Source: Puniceicoccales bacterium
Lineage (GTDB): Bacteria > Verrucomicrobiota > Verrucomicrobiia > Opitutales > LL51
Length of the DNA stretch: 64,000 nt
Reading direction: 5' to 3'
Assembly: GCA_031257405.1 (NCBI GenBank)
Contig: JAIROS010000002.1
Coordinates: 10,512-74,511 of the forward strand
This document shows positions 56,475 to 64,000 of this stretch, piece after piece. The translations under genes were made by a program, and so were the position numbers. A model generated the notes under the pieces. It was not told the DNA's origin, searched no databases, and was given only the letters and a program-made list of their open reading frames with translations. Position 1 is the first letter of the stretch. Each line of letters begins with the position of its first letter.

Positions 56475-57596
56475 ATGCATTTGCAAGAACAAGTTTACGT
56501 GCCGTTGGGATTGTACGTCCACGTCCCGTTTTGCGGCGTTCCGTGCAGCTACTGCGCCTTTTACAAGGAGCGTTTGACGCCGGCCGCCCTCGAACGCTAT
56601 ACCCACTGCCTGTGTGACGAAATCCGGTCTATCGACGACGATCGCGCCTTTGATACGATTTATTTTGGCGGTGGGAATCCGGGGGTTTTAGGTCCCGAGC
56701 AGATCGGGCGAATCGCGGCCAATATCCACCAAAAACTCAGGCAATCCCCCCGCGAATGGACCGTCGAAAGTTCACCCAATATGGTCAGCGAAAGTAAGTT
56801 ACGGGCCTGGCAATCCGCCGGCGTCAATCGCCTATCGCTGGGCGTCCAAAGTTTCGACGAACGGACATTGCGCGCGCTCGGTAGGAAACAAAATCCCCGC
56901 CAAACCTTCCACGCCTACGAACTTATCCGCCAAATGGGTTACCGGAATGTGGGGCTTGATCTGATTTTTTCCGCGCCGGAACAGACCGCTACGCAACTCA
57001 TCGCAGACCTGACTACCGCCATTTCCCTCGCCCCAGAACACATTTCGACCTATTGCCTGACCTACGAAGAGGGGACGCCGCTGAGTCAGAAAGTGGGTAA
57101 TGGGGCCGAGGAGGGCCGTGATAGCGATTTTTACGAAATGGTGTGCGATTTTTTGGGCAATCGGGGATACGAACAGTACGAGATTTCCAATTTTTGCCAA
57201 CGCGGCTACGCCTCCATCCACAACAAAAATACGTGGCGCATGGCGGATTGGATCGGCCTTGGACCGTCGGCGAGCAGCCAATATCGCGGCAGACGTTACT
57301 CCCAAATGGCTTCCGTGGGACGTTGGGCGGCGGGCATCGAAAATCGCCATCCCGAGTGGCGCGACATTGTAAATTTGGATGAAAAAATTTTAGCAATCGA
57401 TAAAATTATTTTCGGCCTACGGATGAACGAGGGCGTCGATATTTCCCGTAACCCGTGCGGCGACCGGCTGGAATTTTTTTTCCGAGACCTGCAAAGTGAA
57501 GCGCTACTGATCCGCGAAGGGCCGATTATCCGCCTAACCCGCCAAGGCCGCCTCCTCTGCGACGCTATCACCCAAGAAATTTTCAATTTTTTTTAA
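56475..57596 (+). CDS. hemW: Radical-SAM heme chaperone HemW (HemN-like, oxygen-independent coproporphyrinogen oxidase family)
   Basis: 373-aa ORF with the radical-SAM motif (YVHVPFCGVPCSYCAF) and GGGNPG. Its length fits HemW rather than HemN. Confidence 0.85.
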   Translation: MHLQEQVYVPLGLYVHVPFCGVPCSYCAFYKERLTPAALERYTHCLCDEIRSIDDDRAFDTIYFGGGNPGVLGPEQIGRIAANIHQKLRQSPREWTVESSPNMVSESKLRAWQSAGVNRLSLGVQSFDERTLRALGRKQNPRQTFHAYELIRQMGYRNVGLDLIFSAPEQTATQLIADLTTAISLAPEHISTYCLTYEEGTPLSQKVGNGAEEGRDSDFYEMVCDFLGNRGYEQYEISNFCQRGYASIHNKNTWRMADWIGLGPSASSQYRGRRYSQMASVGRWAAGIENRHPEWRDIVNLDEKILAIDKIIFGLRMNEGVDISRNPCGDRLEFFFRDLQSEALLIREGPIIRLTRQGRLLCDAITQEIFNFF

Positions 57597-57797
57597 AAAC
57601 TTGCCATTATTATTATATTTTTTATGAATATTTTCTTTCCGAGACCTGCAAAGTGAAGCGCTACTGGTCCGCGAAGGGCCGATTATCCGCCTAACCCGCC
57701 AAGGCCGCCTCCTCTGCAACGCCATCACCCAAGAAATTTTTAATATTTTTTAAAAAAACTTGCCATTGTTTTTATATTTTTTATAATAATTAAACCT
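57478..57797 (+). repeat. 157-bp tandem duplication covering the hemW 3' end, the intergenic promoter, and the first codons of the next gene
   Basis: The anchor gagacctgcaaagtgaagcgctact occurs at 57484 and 57641. The two copies differ at only a few positions. Each copy contains cTTGCCAtt...tatattttttat(g)aata. Confidence 0.9.
57760..57787 (+). promoter_or_regulatory. Putative promoter of the 504-aa orphan gene (TTGCCA-N16-TATAAT)
   Basis: A perfect -10 TATAAT lies at 57782..57787. The ATG at 57798 is 10 nt downstream and no Shine-Dalgarno sequence is present. Confidence 0.5.
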
Positions 57798-59312
57798 ATG
57801 AATAATATCTTAAAAAGTCAAATGGCGTGCCTATGCATAATAGGGAGTAGCAGCGTATTATTGGGCGAAGGTGAACCTTATTTTGCCCAGGAAAGAAAGC
57901 AACTTCCCAAAAACACAAACGCGGTGGGCGGGCAACCCCCAACCATGCAGAAACCCATCCAACGAAACGTCAATACTAACCAAGGTCCACACCTCAAAAC
58001 CCCACCTAATCCGGTAAACAAAAATTTGGGAAAAACAGCCGCCACACATGATAGAAAGCCCGTAGACGACGGCGTACGTTATTTTGACCAGGAAAGAAAG
58101 CAATTGTGGGAAGCTTTAAAGGCGATACGCGATAAAGTCGTAAACACGAAACAACCTACCCAACAAACCATTAATATCGGCCCAAGAACATACAAGGTCA
58201 TATGTACCATAGGCGGAGATAGGGTAACAATACTTGTTATGCTCCTTGAAAATCCAGACACCCCAGTGCAGCGGTTGATCAAAATCATCGAAGGCCAAAA
58301 TTCAACCCAAATTCAATTGGTGAGCAAAAATACGTCACAGACCATTAATGGCCCCAAAAACATATGGAGTAGGTGGGAAAATCGTAAAATTATCGACCAA
58401 GTGCTCGATAATTTTTACAAAGACACACGCAAAGACTTTGAACACTGCTTCGCAATAATGGGGAATCCAAGCGCTCCTTCCAAGCAAAAACAGAACGCAA
58501 TGAGGAAATTGAACTTGTTTTACCTATCACCTAATCTTTCAAAGTCAGATAAAGAAAGGATCGAAAAATTTGTTCGGGATCTCAATTGGAAAGTAAATAT
58601 TTTTGCACATGCCACATATTTTAAAATGAATCCAAAAGAAATCGCAAAATTGGAAAAAAATCTTTATCCGAATAAGTGCCCTGCTATAAGAAATACATTC
58701 CAATTCGATCCACAATCTATGACACGCTTCCCTGTAGCCGAAGGACTCACATATTTTAAATATAAAACACTCAACGATGAACCAGATGTTCTGCTTTTGA
58801 CGAAAGAATTTTTCTCAAAAGAGCGACAGAAACAAGTAACGGATTCCAACGGTCTGGTATTAAGTTTAAACGAACTAAAGGGAATGTGCGATGCCGAGCT
58901 TTTTAAATTACAGAAAAACAAAGATCTATCGCCTCAGGAAAAAGAAAAACGGCTGACAGCACTGTCAAAAGAAGTGCAGGAATATTTGCAGTATCTAGAG
59001 GGTTCCGGAGTTGAAAAATTAGTTGATATATATAATAAATTCAATACGGAACCAGTTTTTACCAAACGACCATTCTTTGGTAAGTTCTTTGGTAAGAATA
59101 CAATAGACTCAGCATCAATAGCAGCTGCACAAGCGGGATCAAGGATTAAATTATTTACAACAGATTTTCAAAAATTAGAAACAAAAATAAAAATTGAATT
59201 GGAAAAACTTCGGGCAAACACCTCGGGTTCAGGCGTAGATCGCAGCGGCGGGGCTATTTCGCCCGCTACCCCCCAAGCGACGCAACAGTTGTACACCATC
59301 CGGAGCGTTTAA
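57798..59312 (+). CDS. Orphan secreted protein (504 aa), unknown function
   Basis: The N-terminal leader MNNILKSQMACLCIIGSSSVLLGEG resembles the ankyrin leaders. The motif YF(A/D)QERKQL occurs twice. The protein is Lys/Asn/Gln-rich and I recognise no domain. Confidence 0.7.
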   Translation: MNNILKSQMACLCIIGSSSVLLGEGEPYFAQERKQLPKNTNAVGGQPPTMQKPIQRNVNTNQGPHLKTPPNPVNKNLGKTAATHDRKPVDDGVRYFDQERKQLWEALKAIRDKVVNTKQPTQQTINIGPRTYKVICTIGGDRVTILVMLLENPDTPVQRLIKIIEGQNSTQIQLVSKNTSQTINGPKNIWSRWENRKIIDQVLDNFYKDTRKDFEHCFAIMGNPSAPSKQKQNAMRKLNLFYLSPNLSKSDKERIEKFVRDLNWKVNIFAHATYFKMNPKEIAKLEKNLYPNKCPAIRNTFQFDPQSMTRFPVAEGLTYFKYKTLNDEPDVLLLTKEFFSKERQKQVTDSNGLVLSLNELKGMCDAELFKLQKNKDLSPQEKEKRLTALSKEVQEYLQYLEGSGVEKLVDIYNKFNTEPVFTKRPFFGKFFGKNTIDSASIAAAQAGSRIKLFTTDFQKLETKIKIELEKLRANTSGSGVDRSGGAISPATPQATQQLYTIRSV

Positions 59313-59783
59313 ATGCATATCGGCCGGCACTTCAAAAATAAGCCGGCTGTGTCCACTTTTTTGTAAAAAATTAAGGCCCCGTGCCAAAATTTCGTCGCCA
59401 TAGGTGCGCGACAAATTGTAGGGTGGATCGATAAAAATCAGATCAAATTTCTCCTCCGTCCGCACCCGCAAAGCGTCACGAATCCAAACGCAGCCGCCAT
59501 TTGCAGCGCCCATACTCCGGCAAACAGCCGCCAAATTTTCCTCCAATGCACCCGCAATTTCCCGGCTATTTTCCACGAAAATTCCAGAATTCGCCCCGCG
59601 ACTCAAAGCCTCCAACCCGTAGCTCCCCGTGCCCGCAAACAAATCTAAAAAGCGGCTCCCGATAACGCCATCGCCCAAAAACGAAAAAACTGCTTCGCGC
59701 AAATAGCCGGTGGCCGGACGGAGCCGATCGCCTTTTACATTTTTCAACACAATGCCGCGCGCTAAACCCCCCGTAATTTTCAT
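59229..59783 (-). CDS. rsmD: 16S rRNA (guanine966-N2)-methyltransferase
   Basis: 184-aa ORF (MKITGG..RG..L......RPT....REA.F..L; DLFAGTGSYGLEALSRGA; IFIDPPY). Confidence 0.88.
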   Translation of the reverse strand: MKITGGLARGIVLKNVKGDRLRPATGYLREAVFSFLGDGVIGSRFLDLFAGTGSYGLEALSRGANSGIFVENSREIAGALEENLAAVCRSMGAANGGCVWIRDALRVRTEEKFDLIFIDPPYNLSRTYGDEILARGLNFLQKSGHSRLIFEVPADMHLNAPDGVQLLRRLGGSGRNSPAAAIYA

Positions 59784-59864
59784 GGCACAGGAAATAAAAA
59801 TTTTTCAATTTTTTTCTCTAAAAAATCACCCAACCACCTAACACCTAAAATCTACCAAATTAAC

Positions 59865-60521
59865 TCAACGCTGCGGGATTAATTGCCCTTTAACATAGGT
59901 AAAACACAGGGGCGACACAGCCGCCGCCGCCGATCCCTGCCTCGTCCGCTCCAAATCATAAATCGCTTCCATCGAAACTAAATCTTCCTCCCCAGTCCCA
60001 CTCACTATAACATAATCGTAATTTTTAACAAATTTCATCTCGTGCTTCGCCGATTTTAACCGCTCCACTAACCCCTCCGGACTCTCAGAACCACGCGCCC
60101 TAAGCCGCTCCTCAAGTACATTTAAATCCTCGGGGATAATGAAAATCGTCACCATACGCTCCAGTAAATGCCGAAAATGTTTGCGAATATTCACGAGGCC
60201 TTGGACGTCAATGATGAGTAGGGAATCGATGCCGTGGCGGATATTGGACAGCACGGGCGCCATGGGTGTGCCGTAAAAATACTTCCCATAGACGTTGGTG
60301 TACTCCAAAAATTTGTCCTCGGCGATGTACTTCAAAAACGTCGCCTCATCGATGAAACAGTAATCGACGCCATTCACTTCCCCCGGACGGGGCGCACGGG
60401 TTGTCGCCGTCGTAATTTTCTTTAAACACCTAGGAAAATGCTGTAATAAATGTCGGCAGACGGTAGATTTCCCGACTCCGGCTGGCCCAGAAATAATAAA
60501 AACTTTACCGAGTTCCGCCAT
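59865..60521 (-). CDS. gmk: Guanylate kinase
   Basis: 218-aa ORF (ISGPAGVGKSTV; TTRAPRPGEVNGVDYCF; E...VYG.YYGT). Confidence 0.92.
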   Translation of the reverse strand: MAELGKVFIISGPAGVGKSTVCRHLLQHFPRCLKKITTATTRAPRPGEVNGVDYCFIDEATFLKYIAEDKFLEYTNVYGKYFYGTPMAPVLSNIRHGIDSLLIIDVQGLVNIRKHFRHLLERMVTIFIIPEDLNVLEERLRARGSESPEGLVERLKSAKHEMKFVKNYDYVIVSGTGEEDLVSMEAIYDLERTRQGSAAAAVSPLCFTYVKGQLIPQR

Positions 60522-60689
60522 GGCTACTGTTCTGTGGGGAATCGCGCCGACTTCAAGCTATTTTTTATCTTTTTGCTCCGTACCCAAAAACCCCTTCCGC
60601 ACCATCTCCCCTTAACCATTCTCCGCCGCCTGCCCACCGAAAAAAGGAAGTGAACTTGCAATGTGGTTTCATTTTTATTTTATCGTGGT

Positions 60690-62060
60690 ATGAATTTGGT
60701 TTCTGTCATCGAAAATCATCGCGATTTGGCCGATATTACCCGCATATTACACGCCCATGGCGGGCATTGTTATCTCGTAGGTGGCGGCGTGCGCGACCAT
60801 TTTCTCGGCATTCCCAGCCACAATTTCGACCTCGAAGTCTTTGGCCTTCCCTCCACGACTATCGTCGACCTCCTCACCCCTCGCTATAAAATCGATTACG
60901 TCGGCAAATCCTACGGCATTTTAAAAATTCGCGGCCTCGACATCGACATCGGCGTCCCGCGTAGGGAGCAGCGCCAAGGGCCATTACACACGGATTTTGC
61001 GGTCCAAGAAGACCCATTTTTACCGCTCGAAGAAGCCATTCGGCGGCGGGATTTTACCATTAATTCCATTTATTTTGACATAAAAAATCGGCAAATCGTG
61101 GATCCTTTTTCTGGGCTCGCCGACCTCGAAAACCGTGTCCTCAAACATACCAGCGAACGTTTTTCCGAAGATCCTTTGCGGGTGCTCCGGGGCATGCAAT
61201 TTTGTGCGCGTTTTACATTGGCGCCCGCTCCGCAGACGACCGCCCTCTGCCGATCGCTCTCCCCAAAATTCCTTTCCCAAGAACGCATAGCCCAGGAATT
61301 TACGAAATTATTACTCCAAGGCACGCGGCCGTCGGCCGGATTACACTTCCTAAAGGACGCAGAATGGACGCAATTTTTCCCGGAACTCCACCAGCTAATC
61401 GGCGTCGAACAGGACCCTACCCGCCACCCGGAAGGCGACGTTTTCGAACACACTTGCTGCGTTTTAGACACTTTTGCGCACAATAGGACGGGGATTTTTG
61501 AGGACGATTTGACGGTCGCCTTCGCGCTACTTTGCCACGATTTTGGGAAGCCCACGACGACGTTTAGAGACAGTCAGGGGATCCACTCCTACTGGCACGA
61601 AATCGCGGGAATTTTACCGGCAGAAAAATTTATGGAGCGCCTATGTCTCGCCAAAAATGTCATATTACAGGCGCTGACGCTAATCCAATACCACATCGAA
61701 CCGCGGCGTCTATTTAAGCATCGGGCATCGGACGCCGATTTCCGCAAGCTCTCCTACAACGTGCGGCGGATTGATTTACTGGCGCTACTGGGGTATTGCG
61801 ACTGTGCGGGGCGGGTGGAACACAACGAGGAAATTCGCGCTTGGATCCTCGAACGAGCCGGGGCGCTTGGCATTTTACAAGCTCCGCCCAAAGCGATTAT
61901 TCAGGGCCGCCATCTCATTGAACTGGGGATTGAGCCGAGCAAAGATTTTTCAAAAATTTTACTAAGATTTTACTTCGCACAACTCAATGGGGATTTTTCG
62001 ACATTGGAGGAGGGGCTTAGCGTAGTTAGGAAGTCGTTGGCGCCGCCCCAAGCCGTGTAA
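60690..62060 (+). CDS. cca: CCA-adding enzyme (nucleotidyltransferase plus HD domain)
   Basis: The ORF track gives 60663..62060 with a GTG start. The ATG at 60690 precedes YLVGGGVRDHFLG, DLEV, RRDFTINSIY, and the HD motif HPEGDVFEHT. Confidence 0.85.
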   Translation: MNLVSVIENHRDLADITRILHAHGGHCYLVGGGVRDHFLGIPSHNFDLEVFGLPSTTIVDLLTPRYKIDYVGKSYGILKIRGLDIDIGVPRREQRQGPLHTDFAVQEDPFLPLEEAIRRRDFTINSIYFDIKNRQIVDPFSGLADLENRVLKHTSERFSEDPLRVLRGMQFCARFTLAPAPQTTALCRSLSPKFLSQERIAQEFTKLLLQGTRPSAGLHFLKDAEWTQFFPELHQLIGVEQDPTRHPEGDVFEHTCCVLDTFAHNRTGIFEDDLTVAFALLCHDFGKPTTTFRDSQGIHSYWHEIAGILPAEKFMERLCLAKNVILQALTLIQYHIEPRRLFKHRASDADFRKLSYNVRRIDLLALLGYCDCAGRVEHNEEIRAWILERAGALGILQAPPKAIIQGRHLIELGIEPSKDFSKILLRFYFAQLNGDFSTLEEGLSVVRKSLAPPQAV

Positions 62061-62425
62061 ATCGCGACGCCTCCCGCGCTCCAACAGAACATATTTTCAT
62101 TGCATTCGCAGTGCAATTTATGTAAAAAAAATATTTTTTGATGCCGGAAAAAGGGCTTTGATATGGCTAAAAAATTTGGTTAAAAATTCGATAATACCGC
62201 CCCGGGCCATGTAAATCGCGACGCCTTCCGCGCTCCAATAGCACACATTTTCATTGCATTTACGGTGCAATTTATGTAAAAAAAATATTTTTTAATGCCG
62301 GAAAAAGGGCCTCGATATAGTTAAAAAAATTGGTTAAAAATTCGATAATACCGCCCCGGGCCGTGTAAATCGCGACGCCTCCCGCGCTCCAATAGCACAC
62401 ATTTTCATTGCATTCGCCGCATGGT
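62045..62425 (+). repeat. Tandem repeat, 154-bp period, about 2.4 copies, between cca and the exonuclease gene
   Basis: The anchor gtaaatcgcgacgcc recurs at 62057, 62211 and 62365. Copy 1 begins in the last codons of cca and copy 3 runs into the exonuclease ATG. A hairpin ATTGCA-N7-TGCAAT is present in copies 1 and 2 (62099..62117). Confidence 0.9.
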
Positions 62426-62427
62426 TT

Positions 62428-63102
62428 ATGCAGAATAGCCGCAATATGCTGCCGCCCATACATGTGATCGATTTTGAGGGGAATCGCGCCCACGGAATTA
62501 TGGAATTCGGACTGGTGACGCTCGAAAACGGCCGCATGAAAAATATTTTTTACCGCCAATGCTCCCCAAAAATTTCGCCCCAAAATGCCCCTTTCCGCGA
62601 GCACTCCCGCTTCCACGGCAACGCGACACAGCACTCTTTCGCCGAATATCTTCCTCTGTTCCGAGCCAGACGCCGGAGTGGTTTTTTTTGTGCGCACAAC
62701 GCGTCGGTCGAAGATCGCCTCCTGCGGCAGTATACTTTTCTTCCGCCGATGAGCCAAAATATGGCTTACCATGCGCTTTCGGACAGGTGCCGCGCCTCCG
62801 ATAAAACCCCAACTCCGACCCAAATAACTCCGATCACTACAGCGCCGTCGTGGGGGCCGTGGATCGATACTTACCGGATTTACAGAAAATTTTATTCGGC
62901 GGCGAAGCATTATACCCTGGCGGAATTAATCCGGCATTTTCGGCTCGAAACGGAATTACAAACGCTTGTCACTCAGCACGTGAATAACAAAAAATTGACA
63001 TTCCACCGGGCCGCCGATGACGCCCTCGCTACGGCATTACTACTGCAAAATTTTATCAATCTTTTCCACTTGAAAGACATCCGATTTTTACTCAATTGTT
63101 AA
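62428..63102 (+). CDS. DEDD-family 3'-5' exonuclease (DnaQ/epsilon-like)
   Basis: 224-aa ORF with Exo I (HVIDFEGN) and Exo III (HRAADDALATALLL) motifs. An alternative ATG lies at 62446. Confidence 0.75.
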   Translation: MQNSRNMLPPIHVIDFEGNRAHGIMEFGLVTLENGRMKNIFYRQCSPKISPQNAPFREHSRFHGNATQHSFAEYLPLFRARRRSGFFCAHNASVEDRLLRQYTFLPPMSQNMAYHALSDRCRASDKTPTPTQITPITTAPSWGPWIDTYRIYRKFYSAAKHYTLAELIRHFRLETELQTLVTQHVNNKKLTFHRAADDALATALLLQNFINLFHLKDIRFLLNC

Positions 63103-63156
63103 TTTTTTACGTAATCTAAAAAATTTTCCCGGAAAATATAGGGCGAAATTTTCACC

Positions 63157-63178
63157 AAAAAAGCGCACCGAAGTACGC
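63157..63178 (-). terminator. Rho-independent terminator after the pseudopilin gene
   Basis: The minus strand reads GCGTAC-TTCG-GTGCGC followed by TTTTTTGG, 29 nt after the stop at 63207. Confidence 0.7.
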
Positions 63179-63206
63179 CCACCAAATATCCCCCAATAAG
63201 CCAACG

Positions 63207-63653
63207 CTACTCGCACAGCGCCGCACATGCAACCGCTTCCACATTGTCGTTGAGCGCCCGTATGGCGTTGATCACCTCCGTACGCGCCCCATCCACAATG
63301 CCCGCAGCATCATTGGGCCGATCGCCATAATTGCAAACCACTAACTTCCTCAGTACCCCATCTAACCGCACGTCGCCATAATAATAGGGGTGCCCCCAGG
63401 AATCGTTGACGCCGGAAATCTCCCCCTGGTCGGCCAAAACAGCCAAACTTTCCGGATAACGATTGTGCTTCACCTTGTACAGCTGGACCGCCGAAGGAAG
63501 CGTACTCGTCACAAAAACTTTCGCCGTCCCCTTTTTTCCGTCCTCCAAAGATCCGCCCAATGACTTCACCATCACACCAGCTAAAAGCGCGATCAATGCA
63601 ACCACGATCAATATTTCAACCAATGTCATACCACTTTTTTTACGCATATCCAT
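63207..63653 (-). CDS. Type II secretion major pseudopilin (GspG-like) / type IV pilin-like protein
   Basis: 148-aa ORF with a prepilin N-terminal cleavage/methylation motif (KKSG-MTLVEILIVVALIALLAG) and a GspG-like DSWGHPYYY. A GGAGG Shine-Dalgarno sequence lies upstream. Confidence 0.85.
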   Translation of the reverse strand: MDMRKKSGMTLVEILIVVALIALLAGVMVKSLGGSLEDGKKGTAKVFVTSTLPSAVQLYKVKHNRYPESLAVLADQGEISGVNDSWGHPYYYGDVRLDGVLRKLVVCNYGDRPNDAAGIVDGARTEVINAIRALNDNVEAVACAALCE

Positions 63654-63725
63654 AAATTTACCTCCGATCTTTCACAGAATATATTCCGTTTTTTAAAAAA
63701 AACAAGAACTTTTAGCTTATTTGCG

Positions 63726-64000
63726 AAAAAAAATTATTCTCTTTTATTTTTACCTGAAATTTACTTCCCGAAACGCCGCGATCATATGCGCATGACGTCC
63801 GGCGCAAAGGAAATCACCAATCTGTAGGACTGCCCCGGGTGCATAATCAGTGGGTAACTCCGCGATAATTCCTGTAAATAATAAAATTTACAAAAAAATT
63901 ACTCTTTTTTATTTTTACTCAAAATTTACTCTCCCGAAACGCCGCAATCATATGCGCATGACGTCCGGCGCAAAGGAAATCACCAATCTGTAGGACTGCC
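63726..64000. repeat. Tandem repeat, 165-bp period, at least 1.7 copies (cut by the window end)
   Basis: The anchor gaaacgccgc recurs at 63771 and 63936. The conserved core is cccgaaacgccgcRatcatatgcgcatgacgtccggcgcaaaggaaatcaccaatctgtaggactgcc. Confidence 0.85.

Noticed and set aside
62272-62910. 212-aa minus-strand ORF overlapping the tandem repeat and the exonuclease gene.
   Set aside because: The plus-strand ORF carries the DEDD Exo I and Exo III motifs. The minus ORF has none and starts inside repeat DNA.

Overview
This is a gene-dense bacterial chromosomal window, mostly read on the minus strand. All protein identifications come from motifs visible in the supplied translations; no database search was possible.

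**1-21.5 kb: core translation/transcription cluster (minus strand).** The order is tRNA-Thr, tuf, tRNA-Trp, secE, nusG, rplK-A-J-L, rpoB, rpoC, rpsL, rpsG, fusA, rpsJ. The S10/spc ribosomal-protein genes follow, ending in an rplE that is truncated at the window edge.

**21.5-28.6 kb: AT-rich accessory segment between tRNA-Thr and tRNA-Pro.**
- Four tandem ankyrin-repeat paralogues, each embedded in a reiterated cassette of about 300 bp (hairpin, CCATTGG box, promoter).
- A GalE-like epimerase that lacks the catalytic Tyr.
- A 141-bp tandem repeat.

**28.7-64 kb: housekeeping genes interleaved with likely surface or secreted proteins.**
- Housekeeping: UvrD-like helicase, ribF, truB, a DHH phosphoesterase, tal, tsf, rpsB, ispH, fabD, rpsI, rplM, mgtE, two tRNA-Arg, ispG, lpxD, rmuC, serS, murF, acpS, hemW, rsmD, gmk, cca and a DEDD exonuclease.
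- Surface or secreted candidates: a 1330-aa autotransporter, a divergent trypsin-like protein, a lipoprotein, a 504-aa orphan and a GspG-like pseudopilin.

**Most notable observations.**
- The ankyrin array, its cassettes, and an N-terminal leader the ankyrins share with the 504-aa orphan.
- An rpoN (sigma-54) gene with two lesions: a frameshift at a (GC)5 tract and an in-frame TAG.
- Repeated 130-165-bp tandem duplications at gene boundaries.
- Promoter-like -10 boxes that abut start codons, suggesting leaderless mRNAs.

No CRISPR array, rRNA, transposase or integrase was seen. The lineage cannot be fixed from this window. It looks like a host-associated Gram-negative, possibly of PVC type.
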